Of a DNA stretch of 64,000 bases, positions 13,131 through 26,400 are shown piece after piece; position 1 is the stretch's first letter, and each line of letters begins with the position of its first letter. The DNA lies in NCBI GenBank assembly GCA_003971905.1, contig RSEE01000032.1, forward strand, positions 372,001 through 436,000, in the 5' to 3' direction. The position numbers and the translations under genes were made by a program. Under the pieces are notes generated by a model that was given only the letters and a program-made list of their open reading frames with translations, did no database searches and was not told the origin of the DNA. The stretch is from Moniliella sp. 'wahieum' (lineage: Eukaryota).

Positions 13131-14495
13131 GGCTGCGTAGAGGGATGGGACGAAGAAGCGGGGATGTCGTGGTGCGAAGGAAAAAGAGGGCAAGTGGGGG
13201 GGGCCGAGTAAGGATGGCGGCCGCGGGGAGGGTGGCTGAAGCAATCCCACTTCCCAACATTACCCGCGAGCCTTCGTGACTGAGGACATGTAGTGCGCTT
13301 CAAGCTTCAAGGGGACTAGTTTCACGTGCAGGGGCTTGACTGGCGGGCGCTGTGGCCTGGGGGGGCACGAGAGGGAGGAGCAGTGAAAGATGGATCTCCG
13401 GCGCCCCTGTGGTACGGATTAACCCCACGTTGAAGCTTACAGCTCCCTACCCGTGCCCCGCACCACTTGAGGCAACTAGGGCCATGGCCGTGCGTTTGGC
13501 TGACAGAGGACTGACCTTGTCTGGCATGGGGCAGTCAAGTGTTGCGGCCAAAGTTTTGGCAAATGGCCCCATTTAATTGGCTCACATTGCTGGGTTGCAT
13601 AGTTTGCTTTTAGATCTAAAGTGCCCCCGCGCCCGTGAGATATGCTGACGATGACCAAGGAATTAAGCGGGGGTGCGCGTCCTCCATTCATAGCTGCCGT
13701 GTCCAACGTTCACTTCACTACCCGTTGCACCGTTCGTTCAAGTATCCACTCGACTGCATGTGAGTACTAGGTTACTGAGCTTGAAGCTTGAGCACAGGAA
13801 TACTGAGCGCCGTAGGGTAAGTTTCTGGCGTTTCGCGTTGGTCGTAACCCTGTAAAACGTGTAACCTAGTAACGCGTAACGGTAACGCCTAATGATGAAT
13901 GTCGGTCTGCAACGCGTTAAGGCCAACACTGGTATGCTCAGGCTGCTCAGGTATAGGCTCAAGCCTTGAGCGCGACTGAGGCCTTGAGCCTGGCTGAAGC
14001 GGTGAAGCTCTGAAGATCTGAAGCTTGAAGCTAGAAAGTGGAATCATGCATCATGCATGTCATGTGTGATGCGCATGTGATGTTTTCTGACGTGTGACAT
14101 GTGATGCCCCCAACTCCGTGACGATCTCTTGGCTCGCCACCGTCTTCTTGCAATATTGGACCTCAATATTCAATCCTCCACCATTTCCGATCCTCGTTGC
14201 TCTTTGACCTCTTCCTAGGGTTTCCAGTTAGTTGATGGACATCCTGGTGGAACAGAAGCTTGCAAAGATGCTATCGATTCATCCTAGCTAGTGTATGTTG
14301 CCCGATGTGATGCCCGCACGAAGATCTGCTTGTGGCTTTAACGGTCTCCGGACAAAAAGCCAGGGGAGTGGCCAGGAGGCTCAGTGGCTCAAGAAATCAA
14401 GGCTCCATTCCGCTCACCTTATTCCGCTGGCCGCGCACGAGGACATGCTCCCAAAATCTTCTCCTGGCCCCTCTCCTCTACCAGTAACAACGACT

Positions 14496-16360
14496 ATGGC
14501 GTCGTTCACCGTGCCCCCCTGCCCCCGACGGGCAATCTCTTTGGCCCACCAACGGAGGATATTGCCTCGGATGTTCCACAAGAGCTGAAGGGAATTCCCT
14601 TTGCTCCCTTTGCCATGTCCGACCCCGTCGGCCGCATCGCGGACTGGAACAACATCCTTGGCCAAGGCCAGGACGAACGCTCCCGCCGCCAGACCCAGCG
14701 CCCTGCTCCGGCCTCTACCTTGGCCAACTCTGTGACCGGAAACACCTTTGGATACACGCATGCTCAAGACGAAGCATCGTTCAGCGTAGTTAACAATGCT
14801 CAGCGCCCAGGCGACCGTTCCAAGGGATTCTCCACCCGGGGCACTGCACGTTCTAGTGCCCGTGGTGGCCGCGGCGGCACCAAGCTAGGCGGATCTGCCC
14901 CCGTGTACACTACCCGTGGCGGCACTGCCAACCGTGGCACCGCCCGTGGTGGCCGCGGTGGCCGTAGGGTGGTGGTGGCGGTGGTGGTCGCTGGCGCGAC
15001 TGGACCGGCCGCAGCGGACGCGCGAGTCGTCGGTTACCGTTCGCTCCGCCTGGAAACCAGTGGAGGAAATTGAGTTTAGCCGGTTGGGCAAGTTGCGCCT
15101 CGACGTGCGCCCGGGTGCGACCCTGAAGGAGTACGGTGTGCTTGCTGAATACAACCGCACTTACGATCGTACGGCTACGGCGCGGACGGCACAACCGCTC
15201 AAACCCGTCGACCGGACCAAGTTCCAGTTGACCACGGCGGAGGACGATGTGCTGCAACAAATCTCCCAGGCCGCCCCTATTTTCCCTCCGCTGGACGAGG
15301 ATGTGCCCATCTCGGCTGGCTCGGGCGTCATGGCTACAGCCGAAGGCCCCAAGCCGCATCGTTCTTTATCACCGATGCAATTTTGGCTCTGCTCATGTGT
15401 CTCCCCCGTTCCGTCTACCCCTGGGACTTGACTCTGACCGTTGAGGACGGCAATGTCTTCTTTGACAAACGGGATGGTGGAGCTCTGGATTACGTGACGG
15501 TTAACGAGAACGCTGCTGACCCTCCGCTGGAGCCGGCCGAGCTCAAAGACGAAAATGAGGCGAATGCTACGATTGCGGCTGCCACTGCCGCGGCAGCAGC
15601 TAAGAGCGACCGATCAACACCCCCTCCTCATTGGCTTTGAGGCAACGTATGTCTTGCACAACTTTGCTTTCTTGACCGTCAACGAAAAGAAATCAGTCAA
15701 ACTGCCTGATGGGGCATACCCCGCGCCTCAGTCAGTCGACGATGTGGACCCCCCGCGGCAGTGGGTTATCGCTACCGTCAATTCGACCTGACTTCGGAGG
15801 CAGAGGACCCGATTCAATTGGTGGTGCGGACAGAAGTGGACGCATATCTCCCCCAGCGGCAGGCAGCAAGAAACGCCAGCTCGTCAGCATCAAGACGCTC
15901 AACGAGTTTGACTCTAAGGCCCAGGGTGCCGGCGGGGCGCCCGACTGGCGCAGCCGGCTTGACAGTCAACGCGGTGCTGTGGTGGCGACAGAAATTAAGA
16001 ACAACGCGTTCAAGTTGGCCCGCTTTGCTGCTCAGGCTATCCTAGCGGACTCGGATGTGCTCAAGCTCGGGTACATTTCGCGTACTAATGCCAAAGAGGC
16101 TGGACGCCACGTCATCCTGGGGACTCAGACGTTCAAGCCGCGCGACCTAGCGACGCAAATGAACCTGTCGTTGGCGAACGGGTGGGGGATGTGCGAACAC
16201 TCGCCGATCTGGTGCGCAAGGAAGACGGCAAATACGTTTGGTCAAAAACCCGAACAAGCCTGTGGTCAACCTCTACAAGGTCCCCAACTCTTACCCTGAC
16301 GAAGAGGAGAGCGAGGAGGAGGAAGTGGAGGAGGAGGAGGACGAAGATGAGGACTACTAA
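14496..16360 (+). CDS. Eukaryotic translation initiation factor 3 subunit D (eIF3d/Moe1)
   Basis: [99 protein letters not shown] and [10 protein letters not shown]; acidic tail ending TAA at 16358-16360. Frameshifted. Confidence 0.93.
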
Positions 16361-16981
16361 AAGCAACGGTTTGTTGCGCCTGTTACATTGTACAACCCCC
16401 AGCCTGACCGTTACGGCCATAGAACATGCCATAGTGCACAGACGGCCGCCAAAGAGATGCTTGCAAAGAACACGCAGCCCTTGTCGCCAAGTTGTTGCGG
16501 GAGCAGCGGTACGGGCGAGACTACGTGCGCTCAACTATTTTGTAGGCAACACAAAGCCCGAAGCGGAATGCCTGATTCCGCCCATTCCCTTACTCAAGCG
16601 GGCTGATGCACTGATGCATGATGCATGATGACGTGATGACGAAAGGAGCCTGAGGCCTTTCTGATGTGTGAAGCTTGAAAGAGATGGAGCAGATTTGCCA
16701 CCACTGGATCTGTGCCACCACCACCACCACCTCATCTCCCTTTTGTGGGTCACCAGGCGCTTGCTGCCAGTCGACTCGCCTTAGTAGATACCGAAATGGC
16801 GTCTGTTGAGGTGAGATTTGGGAAAACCATGGACTGCTCTGCATCCTCTGTCCTTGTACTGACCAGGCATGGCCGCCGCGTTTTGCCCTTCGCAGCACCA
16901 ATCGCATGTCCGCAAGTAACGGCGGCGACAGGCGCCCCGGGCAACCCAGCGCTCGGGGAAAAGGCTAACAGCGGGGTGTCG

Positions 16982-18019
16982 ATGCACAAGCCGTTTGCAG
17001 TGACCGCGTTTTGCTGCCGAACGAGGCGACCAGGAGAAGGAGGCGCAGTTCGCGCCTAACCTCAACGTTCATCTTATCTGCCCCGATGCCAGATCAACCC
17101 TCCTAACCTGGCCGAAGAATTTGATCGGTGACTTGTTTGTGCGGATTGCGGTATGGTCCTGGGCGATCGCATTGTCGACACTCGTTCCGAGTGGCGTACC
17201 TTTGCCACGAGGAGGGTGACGACCCGTCCCGTGTGGGTGAGGCAAGCAACCCGTTGCTGGACGGCCTGGTGGAAGGGTTGGATACGCGCATCGGCGCCCG
17301 GGATGGTAACACTGGTATCTCGCGGCAGCTGCAGCGCACAACTGCCCTGGGGCAAGGTGCCCAGAACCGCACCATCCTCGAGGCGATGGACGACATTCAG
17401 AGGAAATGCGACGCCATCCATCTTCCCAAGATGGTCAGTGACACTGCCAAACAGCTCTACCGCCGAACCGAGGAAGAGCGGGTTGCGGGGGTAAGAAGAC
17501 GAGGCCAAGGTGGCGGCAGCGATCTTCATCTCCTGCAAGATTTGCAAGGTTCCTCGTACTTTTCCCGAGATTTGCGCCATCACCAAGGTGTCCAAAAAGT
17601 TGATTGGTCAAGTATTCCGCGAGATGCAAACCTCGCTGGATCTCAACAATGGTGCTCAGGGCGAGTCGGTGGGACCCACAACGGCAGTGGAGTTGGTGGC
17701 GCGTTTCTGCTCTCGTCTGGGTCTGGAAGGGCCAGTGGTACGGTTGACAGAGGATGTGGTCGCACGGGTGCGAGAGTTGGGCACTCTCGCCGGCAAATCG
17801 CCCATCACCATTTCGGCTGCTTGCATTCTATTTGCAGTCACCCTTGCGCTCGCCAGCCCTCCTACAATCCGGGCCATCTCGGAGGCAGCCCAAGTATCAG
17901 ATTCGACGATCAAATCGTCGTACCGCGAACTGTTGCGGTTCAAGGATTCGATCCTCACGCCTGAGATCCGTGAGCGGTACAAGAAGCTCATTGTTATCTC
18001 GCGTCTGGACCAAGAGTGA
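16982..18019 (+). CDS. SUA7: Transcription initiation factor TFIIB
   Basis: Zn ribbon [28 protein letters not shown]-reader GDDPSRVG, and cyclin repeats ([35 protein letters not shown]). Confidence 0.92.
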
Positions 18020-18497
18020 AAATGGAAGATATTCCTTGTGTGTTCCGGCCTCGGTAACGTTGGCCGCTGACCGCAATCAGTTTCGGCCGGGGCATGTTGC
18101 ATGTATTACCCACACCATCTATACATATCAATGAATGTGGTTTTCGACTGCTCACTTTGAACGTAGCTAGCTCGGTCATGTGAAGACGGCATCGGGACGG
18201 TAAGATTGGTAAAGTCTTCTGAATCCGTGAGACGTCATCGCTTGATGGACAGGGTAGGGGCTGATGCTTACAGAAACACCGATACTCTGGGAGGGGAGGA
18301 GCCCTCTGGAGCAACTCAGGCCCGCAGTCGCCTATCCTCATCTTGGAGGAGACTCGCGCATAACACTCCCCCCCCCCATGATGTTGGGAGTAGTCTGCAC
18401 GTAGGTATGAAGTGCACCAAACGCTGATAGGGCATTCCAAGATGAAATTTGGCCTATCGAACTGCGAGAGGCGTGATAAGGAAGCCATTGTCCAAAC

Positions 18498-19281
18498 TTA
18501 AAGATCACCTTGAGCTGCTCGACGGCAGGGTCTTCAACATTGGTCTCCTCAGCCGCTTCAACGAGCTGGCCCGACTTGACAATCGTTACGTCCTCCTTCG
18601 GACGATCGCCATAGCCAGTGGGCACTATCTCAATATACGAAACGACATCCATGCCGTCAATCACACGGCCAAAAACGACGTGGCGTCCATTGTGAGCCAA
18701 GGGGTGGGCACGGTGCAAAGGAAAAACTAGGAGTACACGTTAGCCCGCGAGAAGAGGTGGAAAGGAGACAAGCGACGGCGACACATACCTGAGAGCCGTT
18801 GGTGTCACGGCCAGCGTTGGCCATCAACAAGACACCAGGCTTGTCATGGCGAAACTTGAAGTTTTCATCGGGAAAGCGGGCACCATAAATGGACTTTTCT
18901 CCGCGGCCATCGCCCGACATAAAGTCGCCGCCCTGGATCATGAAGCTGGGGATCACACGGTGGAACTTGGAACCTTGGTAACCAAAGCCATGTTGCCCCG
19001 TGCTGGGCTCCAGGAAATTGGTCACCGTCTGTGGGAAGTAGCAGTTAGTAAAGTTATACGCGGTTTGGAGAGTTGGGGGGGGCATATAGCACACCTTGGG
19101 CACATCATTGCCTTACAGGCCAACGACAAAATGCGGCCGATTGATTGCTCGTCGTGCTGCATGTCGAAGTAGACCTTGTCGGTGACCTCAGGCTCGGAGT
19201 CGGCAGAAACACGCCAAAGAGGCCAAGCAAGGCAGAAAGTGCCAAGAAGAGGATGACAAGGACGAAAAGACGTATGCGCAC
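18498..19281 (-). CDS. Secretory-pathway cyclophilin (cyclophilin B-like PPIase), possibly pseudogenised
   Basis: Signal-like N-terminus, [54 protein letters not shown] and [17 protein letters not shown]. Introns 19094-19029 and 18788-18727. GTG at the expected start and a TAA at 19113-19115 in the conserved frame. The 3' end is uncertain. Confidence 0.85.
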
Positions 19282-19993
19282 GGGCTAGTTGGTGGGAGGG
19301 GACAACAGGGAGATCTTGTAGGGAACAAACAGCCGGTTCCTCCAGCGATTCGGCTCCGAGGCCGCAAGTCTCACCTCAAGTGAAAGTATTAATTATCGGT
19401 GAACAAGTAGAATTGTGGTTATCTTGTTCGCCGGGGTGCGTCGAGTGCTGCCTGCACGCCTGTGAAGGGCCACTGCATGGCTGTCCAACTCATCGGGGTA
19501 CTGTGCTGATCTTCCACCAACTTCTCCTCTTCGCCTGCTCTTTGACTCTTCAGAGCTTCAGCGCTTATACCCCCACAACAGCTGTTTTCAAGAGACGATT
19601 ATGATGAGCAGGGTTGTCAGCCCGGGGGCCTAAAAGGAGGGTTGGAGGGCCTGCTCGGGTGCTGATGATCTTTTGATTCTGGCGCCGAAGGTCCTGTTGC
19701 TGGAGTTGTGGACCAGCCAGCCAACCAACGGATATGCCTTTTCAATCCGTTTTCCCCCCTTTGTCCAGCCAGCAGCGACCCAGCACCATCAGAGTCAGTC
19801 TTGAAGGGCTCCTTTATAATTTTACCCCGGGGAGAGACGGGGGCGGAAGTAAGGCAAAGGCGGAACTAGGCAAGACGCGTAGACAGGCCGAGCGGCACAG
19901 GCTGTGGGTGTCCAACTGCAAGTGGGCCCAACGGCACTCGACGTGTCGACCCGACACAGCCATTGCCCCTAGTTTTCCCATCCTGCTATCGCC

Positions 19994-21430
19994 ATGCCAC
20001 CAAAGGCCGACTGGGAGAAGTACGACAAGCCTGACCAGGACTCTACTGAGGACGATGGTCCCATTGTGCCTCTCGACGAAAGCGACATCCAGATCCTCAA
20101 GACCTACGGCCAGGGCCCCTATGCCCGTGCGCTCAAGGACATTGAGAAGGAGATCAACGACGTCCAGAAGCGCATCAACGACAAGATGGGTGTCAAGGAA
20201 TCTGATACTGGTCTTGCCCCTCGCAACCTCTGGGACTTGGCTGCCGACAAGAAGCGGCTGGAGGAGATGGGGCACCTGCAGGTTGCCCGCTGCACCAAGA
20301 TTATTCGTGGCACTCCCCCCGAGCCTGCAGCCGGAGGAGCCAGTGGTAGCAGCGGCGCCGGTGGTGCGGGAGGCGAGAGCCGTTTAAGCGATCTGATGAA
20401 CTCCATGTCGCCATTTGGACGTTCGCGCGGACCAACAGTGGATGAAGAGGACAAGTATGTGATTAATATCAAGCAGATTGCCAAGTTCGTCGTCTCTCTC
20501 AACAAGAATGTGGCACCGACGGACATTGAAGAGGGAATGCGTGTAGGTGTGGACCGCAACAAGTATCAGATCATGCAGCCACTCCCCCCCAAGATTGACC
20601 CTAGCGTCACCATGATGCAGGTGGAGGAGAAGCCCGATGTCACCTACTCGGACGTTGGCGGGTGCAAGGAGCAGATTGAGAAACTGCGCGAGGTGGTCGA
20701 GACGCCACTGCTAAACCCAGAGAAATTTGTTGACTTGGGCATTGACCCACCAAAAGGTGTGCTGCTATATGGGCCACCCGGGACAGGGAAGACACTATGC
20801 GCCAGAGCGGTGGCCAACAGGACTGACGCCACTTTCATCCGTGTCATTGGCTCGGAGCTGGTCCAAAAGTATGTGGGCGAAGGGGCAAGGATGGTGCGAG
20901 AGCTTTTCGAGATGGCTCGATCAAAGAAGGCATGCATCATCTTCTTTGACGAAGTTGATGCGATTGGTGGTGCTCGGTTTGATGATGGTGCTGGTGGGGA
21001 CAATGAGGTCCAGCGGACCATGCTGGAGCTCATCAACCAACTCGATGGGTTTGATTCGAGGGGAAACATCAAGGTTCTCATGGCCACAAACCGACCTGAC
21101 ACACTCGACCCGGCCCTGCTGCGCCCAGGACGGCTTGACCGTAAGGTTGAGTTTGGCCTGCCCGACAATGAGGGGAGGGCTCACATTCTGCGCATTCATG
21201 CCCGTAGTATGTCAGTCGAGCGCAACATCCGGTTTGAGCTAATTGCCCGTCTTTGCCCGACAACACCGGGGCGGAGCTTAGGTCGGTCGGTAGCAACAGA
21301 GGCCGGCATGTTTGCCATCCGCGCCCGCCGCAAGGTTGCTTCTGAGCGGGACTTCCTCGATGCGGTGGAGAAGGTGGTACGCCAAGGCTCAAAGTTCTCC
21401 TCCACCTCCTTGTACGCACAGTACAACTAA
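19994..21430 (+). CDS. RPT1: 26S proteasome regulatory AAA ATPase Rpt1 (subunit 7)
   Basis: Intact 478-aa [24 protein letters not shown], Walker A GPPGTGKT, Walker B FFDEVD and C-terminal YAQYN. Confidence 0.97.
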   Translation: MPPKADWEKYDKPDQDSTEDDGPIVPLDESDIQILKTYGQGPYARALKDIEKEINDVQKRINDKMGVKESDTGLAPRNLWDLAADKKRLEEMGHLQVARCTKIIRGTPPEPAAGGASGSSGAGGAGGESRLSDLMNSMSPFGRSRGPTVDEEDKYVINIKQIAKFVVSLNKNVAPTDIEEGMRVGVDRNKYQIMQPLPPKIDPSVTMMQVEEKPDVTYSDVGGCKEQIEKLREVVETPLLNPEKFVDLGIDPPKGVLLYGPPGTGKTLCARAVANRTDATFIRVIGSELVQKYVGEGARMVRELFEMARSKKACIIFFDEVDAIGGARFDDGAGGDNEVQRTMLELINQLDGFDSRGNIKVLMATNRPDTLDPALLRPGRLDRKVEFGLPDNEGRAHILRIHARSMSVERNIRFELIARLCPTTPGRSLGRSVATEAGMFAIRARRKVASERDFLDAVEKVVRQGSKFSSTSLYAQYN

Positions 21431-21679
21431 GCTCCATCTTTCTCATTCCCTGCCCCCCGCCCACGCTCCCCTGTTCTTCCTGGTTCGTAGCTTCGTAAAG
21501 AGCTGCCAACTATCAGATGCCGCACGTAGCAAGGTGTAAGAAGCCGGCCAACTCGACAAGGGACGCAATGACGCCCCACACCAAAGAAATGGATAAGGCG
21601 ACGAAATACATGATGCCGTATTGCCCACGGGAAGGGAAGTAGTAGAAAGGAACCGTGAGGCATTAGGGGCAGTTTCGAC

Positions 21680-22209
21680 TTAATACAGATCGCCTTCGTC
21701 GCCATGTTCGGCAAAAGCGTGTGTCCGCTTGAGCACCGCTGCATCGGCTGCATGGCGGGCGTGGCGGGCCTCGGTCTCGGCGCGACGCATCTTTTCCAAA
21801 TCCTTGTCGGTAAACTGGCCTGGAGGGAAGGGTGCAGCAATCTGCGGAGGCACTTCATCTTCCCGTTCCAGGTCCACCTCACCCAGCAACACAACGTTTT
21901 CCCCGCGCACGAGGTAAACACCCAATGGGATTTCCCCGTACTGTTGGCCCACGTAGACACGCTCCACTGTGTCCTGAAGGATCAAGTTGGCTACCATACC
22001 CACGCACAGTTAGGATCACATCAAGAAAGAGAAAGAGGACGAGGGAAGATCTCACCAAATTGGTCGTATGAACGCAAGACACCGACGTACTTGCGGCCGT
22101 CGCGGAGGACGGCAATGACCTTCTTGTCCACAATCTCAGAGAGGGCGCCCGACGTGGTGAAGGCGATATTGGCGGCGAGCGCGCCGGCCGCATCGACAGC
22201 AGCATCCAT
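21680..22209 (-). CDS. LSM1: Sm-like protein Lsm1
   Basis: FTTSGALSEIVDKKVIAVLRDGRKYVGVLRSYDQF|ANLILQDTVERVY..GVYLVRGENVVLLGEVD. Intron 22055-21991 (GTGAGA..CTAAC..TAG). Confidence 0.95.
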
Positions 22210-23423
22210 GGCAACGAGGGTGGCAGGCAAGCGCTGCACGAGGGGGTGGTTGCAGGACAAAAGCGGGACTGGCTGAGCGTGCCGTGGCAGGGCTTGTCGG
22301 TTGCGATGAGACCCAGCCCGCGCCGCCGACGCGGAAAATCCCAGCCGAAAATCGGAAGAAACCGCATGAACATTGCAAGCCGGGGCTGATTTTTTCGGGT
22401 ATTTTTTCCAAGCCGAACTGGGCTGCCAAAAACGATGGCAAATGAGGTGCCGACGAGAGAACACTACCTTGCTCAGCGCTCATCCGTCCCCGCCGGTGTT
22501 GTATACAACCGATCGTGGCACTTGGGCCCCCTCCTTGGAATCAAGTCGCGAATAACGCGGTAACAAAAAAAGAATAAAAAGACTGGTTGCAAAAGGAATC
22601 GATCGCGGGGAATGTCTGCAAGCAACTTGCAGGTATGAAATCAGGCACCAAGGTGATGAGAGCGTCAAGCGCCCAGTGAAAGAATACTACGCAACCTTTT
22701 GGTTGGAAAACATGCTATTGTCAGCTGAATGTGAGCAGTGATGATTAATGGCCCTGATCCCATCTCTGCTGTCTCCTCCCTGTACATGCCCTCAAGTTCG
22801 TCTGTTTGCCGAGGAGACATCCATCCGTGGTGGTGATCCCGCGAACCCAACCACTGCATGCTCAGAAATGAGCCTCATCAATCAATCTCTATCGTCTGCC
22901 TCTGGTTCGTCCCATTGAGTGCCCAAACGGACATACTACTAACAATGCAGCCACATGCCCTTATTTTCGCCTCACACCACCTGCCAATGGTCAATGCTGA
23001 AGCGATCTTTTCCTCCGTCTCGCTTCCATTCATCCCACGGTACGCTCTTCTCGGCCACTACAAAATATCACTGGAAACCGTCCAGACGTCCAGCGCTGGT
23101 GATCTCGATGATCGTGGCAAGATTGGATATAGAAACAAAGGGAACCAACGTTTTGGTATGGCTAGAGGAAAGGGAGGGGGGGGGGCAGAGGCTGTTCATA
23201 CGGGGTCCGCAGCGCCGACCTAGGACCGGCCTGGGCACAAGCACCACGAACAAGGCCGGGTCGTAGCTCGTCTCGTGCGTGAAAAAAGGGGAGAGGGGCG
23301 TGTTTAGAAAAGGGGCTTGAGGGGAGGGAATCCAGGTAGGGACGCAAGGAGAAAGAGAGGGAAAAGGGACCAGGAGGAGGGGGTGAGAGCAGAGGGTGTA
23401 GGGGCTGGCTGAAGCAGATGCAG

Positions 23424-26400
23424 CTAAGGAGAGCCGGTGCTCGTGTCAATTAGGTCGACCATCAGGTCAGAGGCCAAGGCGGCCCAATGAAGACGCTGTT
23501 GCTCGGGCGTAGGTTGTTCCGGGGCCAAAGGAATATGGGCTCCAACCGCGGCGGCGGCAGCGGCGGCAGAGGTGGCGTGAGACGAGCTGGCAAACGTACC
23601 ACACGTCAACAGGCCAATAAACCCGCTCTCGACAAAGTAGGCCATCACCCCGCCTCGGCGCCCAGTCTCAGCAATCTGAGCGGCAAAGACTGGTTCGCGC
23701 AGCGCCACCGCCACAATCCGCTCCACTGCCGAAATGAGCTGCACATCTCGGCCGGCACTGAGGACATGCTCAATCGCCCCCGTCAGGCGATCATAGACGA
23801 TGGACACGATCGCGGGTTTGAGCTCGGTAAGGCGGGCGAGGAAAGTGTAAAGAATCAAAGCCTCTTTCTCCCCTTCGGCCGTCTCCACGAGGACAACGAG
23901 CAAAGCAACGACCAAAAGCACCGTCTTGTTGTCCACATCCCCCAACAACGGAGACAGGTCCGTCACGCGCATTTCACCCGACGCTCCCGTATGCATCACG
24001 CCTTCGCGGGCCAAGAGGGATGGTCCGACCGAGGCAAGTCCGGCGGCGGTCAAAAGCTTATTCAGACCTCGTTCCGTTGTTGCCTCTGAAAGGAGGGCGA
24101 TGAAGTAGGCTACGCTCGTTGCCTGCACATGGGTCCGGACGGGGCCGGACTGGGTCCCGGGCCGCGAATCATGGGGGCCCTTCTTGGTCGCCAGCTTGGC
24201 CTCGTCTTCGGATGAGATGCGGAGAAGGGTATAGAGCAGCTCCCTCGTCTGCTCTGCCGCCTTGGGCTCGCGCAGGCCCTTGACCAGGAGTGTTGCCAGG
24301 GCAAAGCCAAAGTGCGCACCAAAGTCAATTCCGCACGCATCATCCAGACGACATGCTGCTTCGCCAAACGGTTGTCGCTCGCGGAGCAAATAGGTATGGA
24401 GCGGCTGCGATTGCAGCGAGAAGGCCGGCATGCCCATCGAATCGGTGAGTGGCGGGGCATGACGAGCCTCATCCAGCACAGTAAGAATGGAAGCGAGAAG
24501 GTCGAGGGCAACACGGAAGATGGCCACTCGGCCCACTTGAAGCATGGCGATCGCGATCCAAAACAGCTGAGGGATGCTGGCCGAGGTGCGCGGCAGGTGA
24601 TGGGCCAGGCGAGAAAGACACAAGAGCAAACTGATCAGCATCTCCTCCGTGCCATGATGCCCACTCAGCCAGGGCCCCACGCAACGACACTTGCACTTGG
24701 TACACCAGGTCGTCGTCAATCTCGCCTTGCGATAGGCTGCCCAAGAGCACAAAGGCACGAGTTTGGAGGTAAGGGTTGAATTGGAACGCTGCAGCCGTGA
24801 CCAAGCTGGTCAGCCGAGCCCGCCAAGCATTCGCCGTATCAACCGAGGGGGCAGCCATGTCGGGCAAGGCATACAGCCGCTCGGCCAGGACAGCCAACTG
24901 GGCTGGGCCCAACGGCTCGCTCGGGCACAAGTCGCCAGTCCCGTCCAATTCAAAGGCACGGGCGCCATGACGGGGCAAGCCGAACAATTTTAAGGCTTCG
25001 TCCGAGCTGAAAAACTCCAGTTCTTGACGTAGCGCCTCGACTTGATTCGGGGCCGAGTTGATTGGCTTCTCCCCGCGCGCCACCCCATCGTCCGTACAGA
25101 GCGAGTGGAGCAGGTTCAAAACACAGCCTTGCACTGTTGCCCGCAACTTTTCCGGCCCTGTTCCTGCCAGGAGCAGGCAGACGTGCAACGTTTCAGGGAA
25201 GAACATCATCGCTTCCCATCGGCTGGTGAAGGAGAGAACCATCAGCATCCGCAGCAGCACCGCCACCCCAGATCCAGCAGGCGAGTCGATCGCGTTGGTG
25301 GTGCCGAGTGCGGTACCGACGTGGGTCACAGCCTGGAGCAGAAAAAAAGCATGTCAGAATCCCTGAGCCAAAGGAGGGGTGGGGGCGGAGGGGGGGGGGG
25401 TGAAATGAAGCAAGTAAAGCAGGGAGGACATACGATACGGAGGCGTGCCAGCAGCTTGCCGCGAATGTTGGCCGAGGAGAAGGCAGAAAACGTGTCAATG
25501 ATTCGTTCTGCAACGGCTGTGTGGACGCCAAGGGTCACTGCTCGCTCCACTGCCACATCCAAAAAGATGGGAAGCAATTCGTCCATCTTGTTAACGTGCA
25601 TCCAACCCAACGCTGCATCAGTACAAACAACTGGAAACGGGTACGTCAGTATAGGATCCAAGCAACGACAAAAAGGCAAAGCAGCAACAGACACGTACCT
25701 CCTTTCCACCGCAAGCATCAAAGAGGAGGAAAAGAAGTGCTGAATGAGCTTGACGTGCGCCGCGCGACGCGGGTTGGCACAGCGCAAAAGACTAGGCAGG
25801 TTGCTCAGCCAGGGGGCCAAGTACTGCAGCGCTGCCGCCTGCTGGCCCGAACCTGCCGCCTCGGGCGCCAAGGCCATACCTTGAGCAAAGGAAAACGTCA
25901 CGGCCAGTGTCACCGCCGCCGGTGCCGAGGCGGCAAAGTCGCGGCTCAGCTCGACCGACAACGAGGCGGCGCGGGTGGGGAGGGCGAGGCGAGGAACAGA
26001 GAAGAGCTTTCCTTTGGCAATCTTCTCTCCTTCTTCCTCCTTGCCCCGCGACCGAGGAGCGACCAAGGCAGGGCAGGACGTGAGAGCAGATAGCAGCGAG
26101 TAGCTCCCCATCCGAAGAGGGTACGAGTCGGCAGTCAAATTCAGCAGTGCCGCATTCAAGGCCATTCCCGGTCCAACCAGCGGGAGCGACGTCAAGTCCA
26201 TCGTCGGCACTGGGACTGCGGGGGCTGCACGCCTCCTCCCGCCATGCCAGCAGCCCGGACAGAGGCAACAATGTCCACCACCGCCGCATAATCGCTCGAG
26301 TGCAGAAGCCAGGGCGCCATCGGGGCACGGAAGGTAAGCAGGAACGCAGTCTGGGTCGGGTCGCTGACAGCGGGGCCAACAGGACGAATGTCACCCAACT

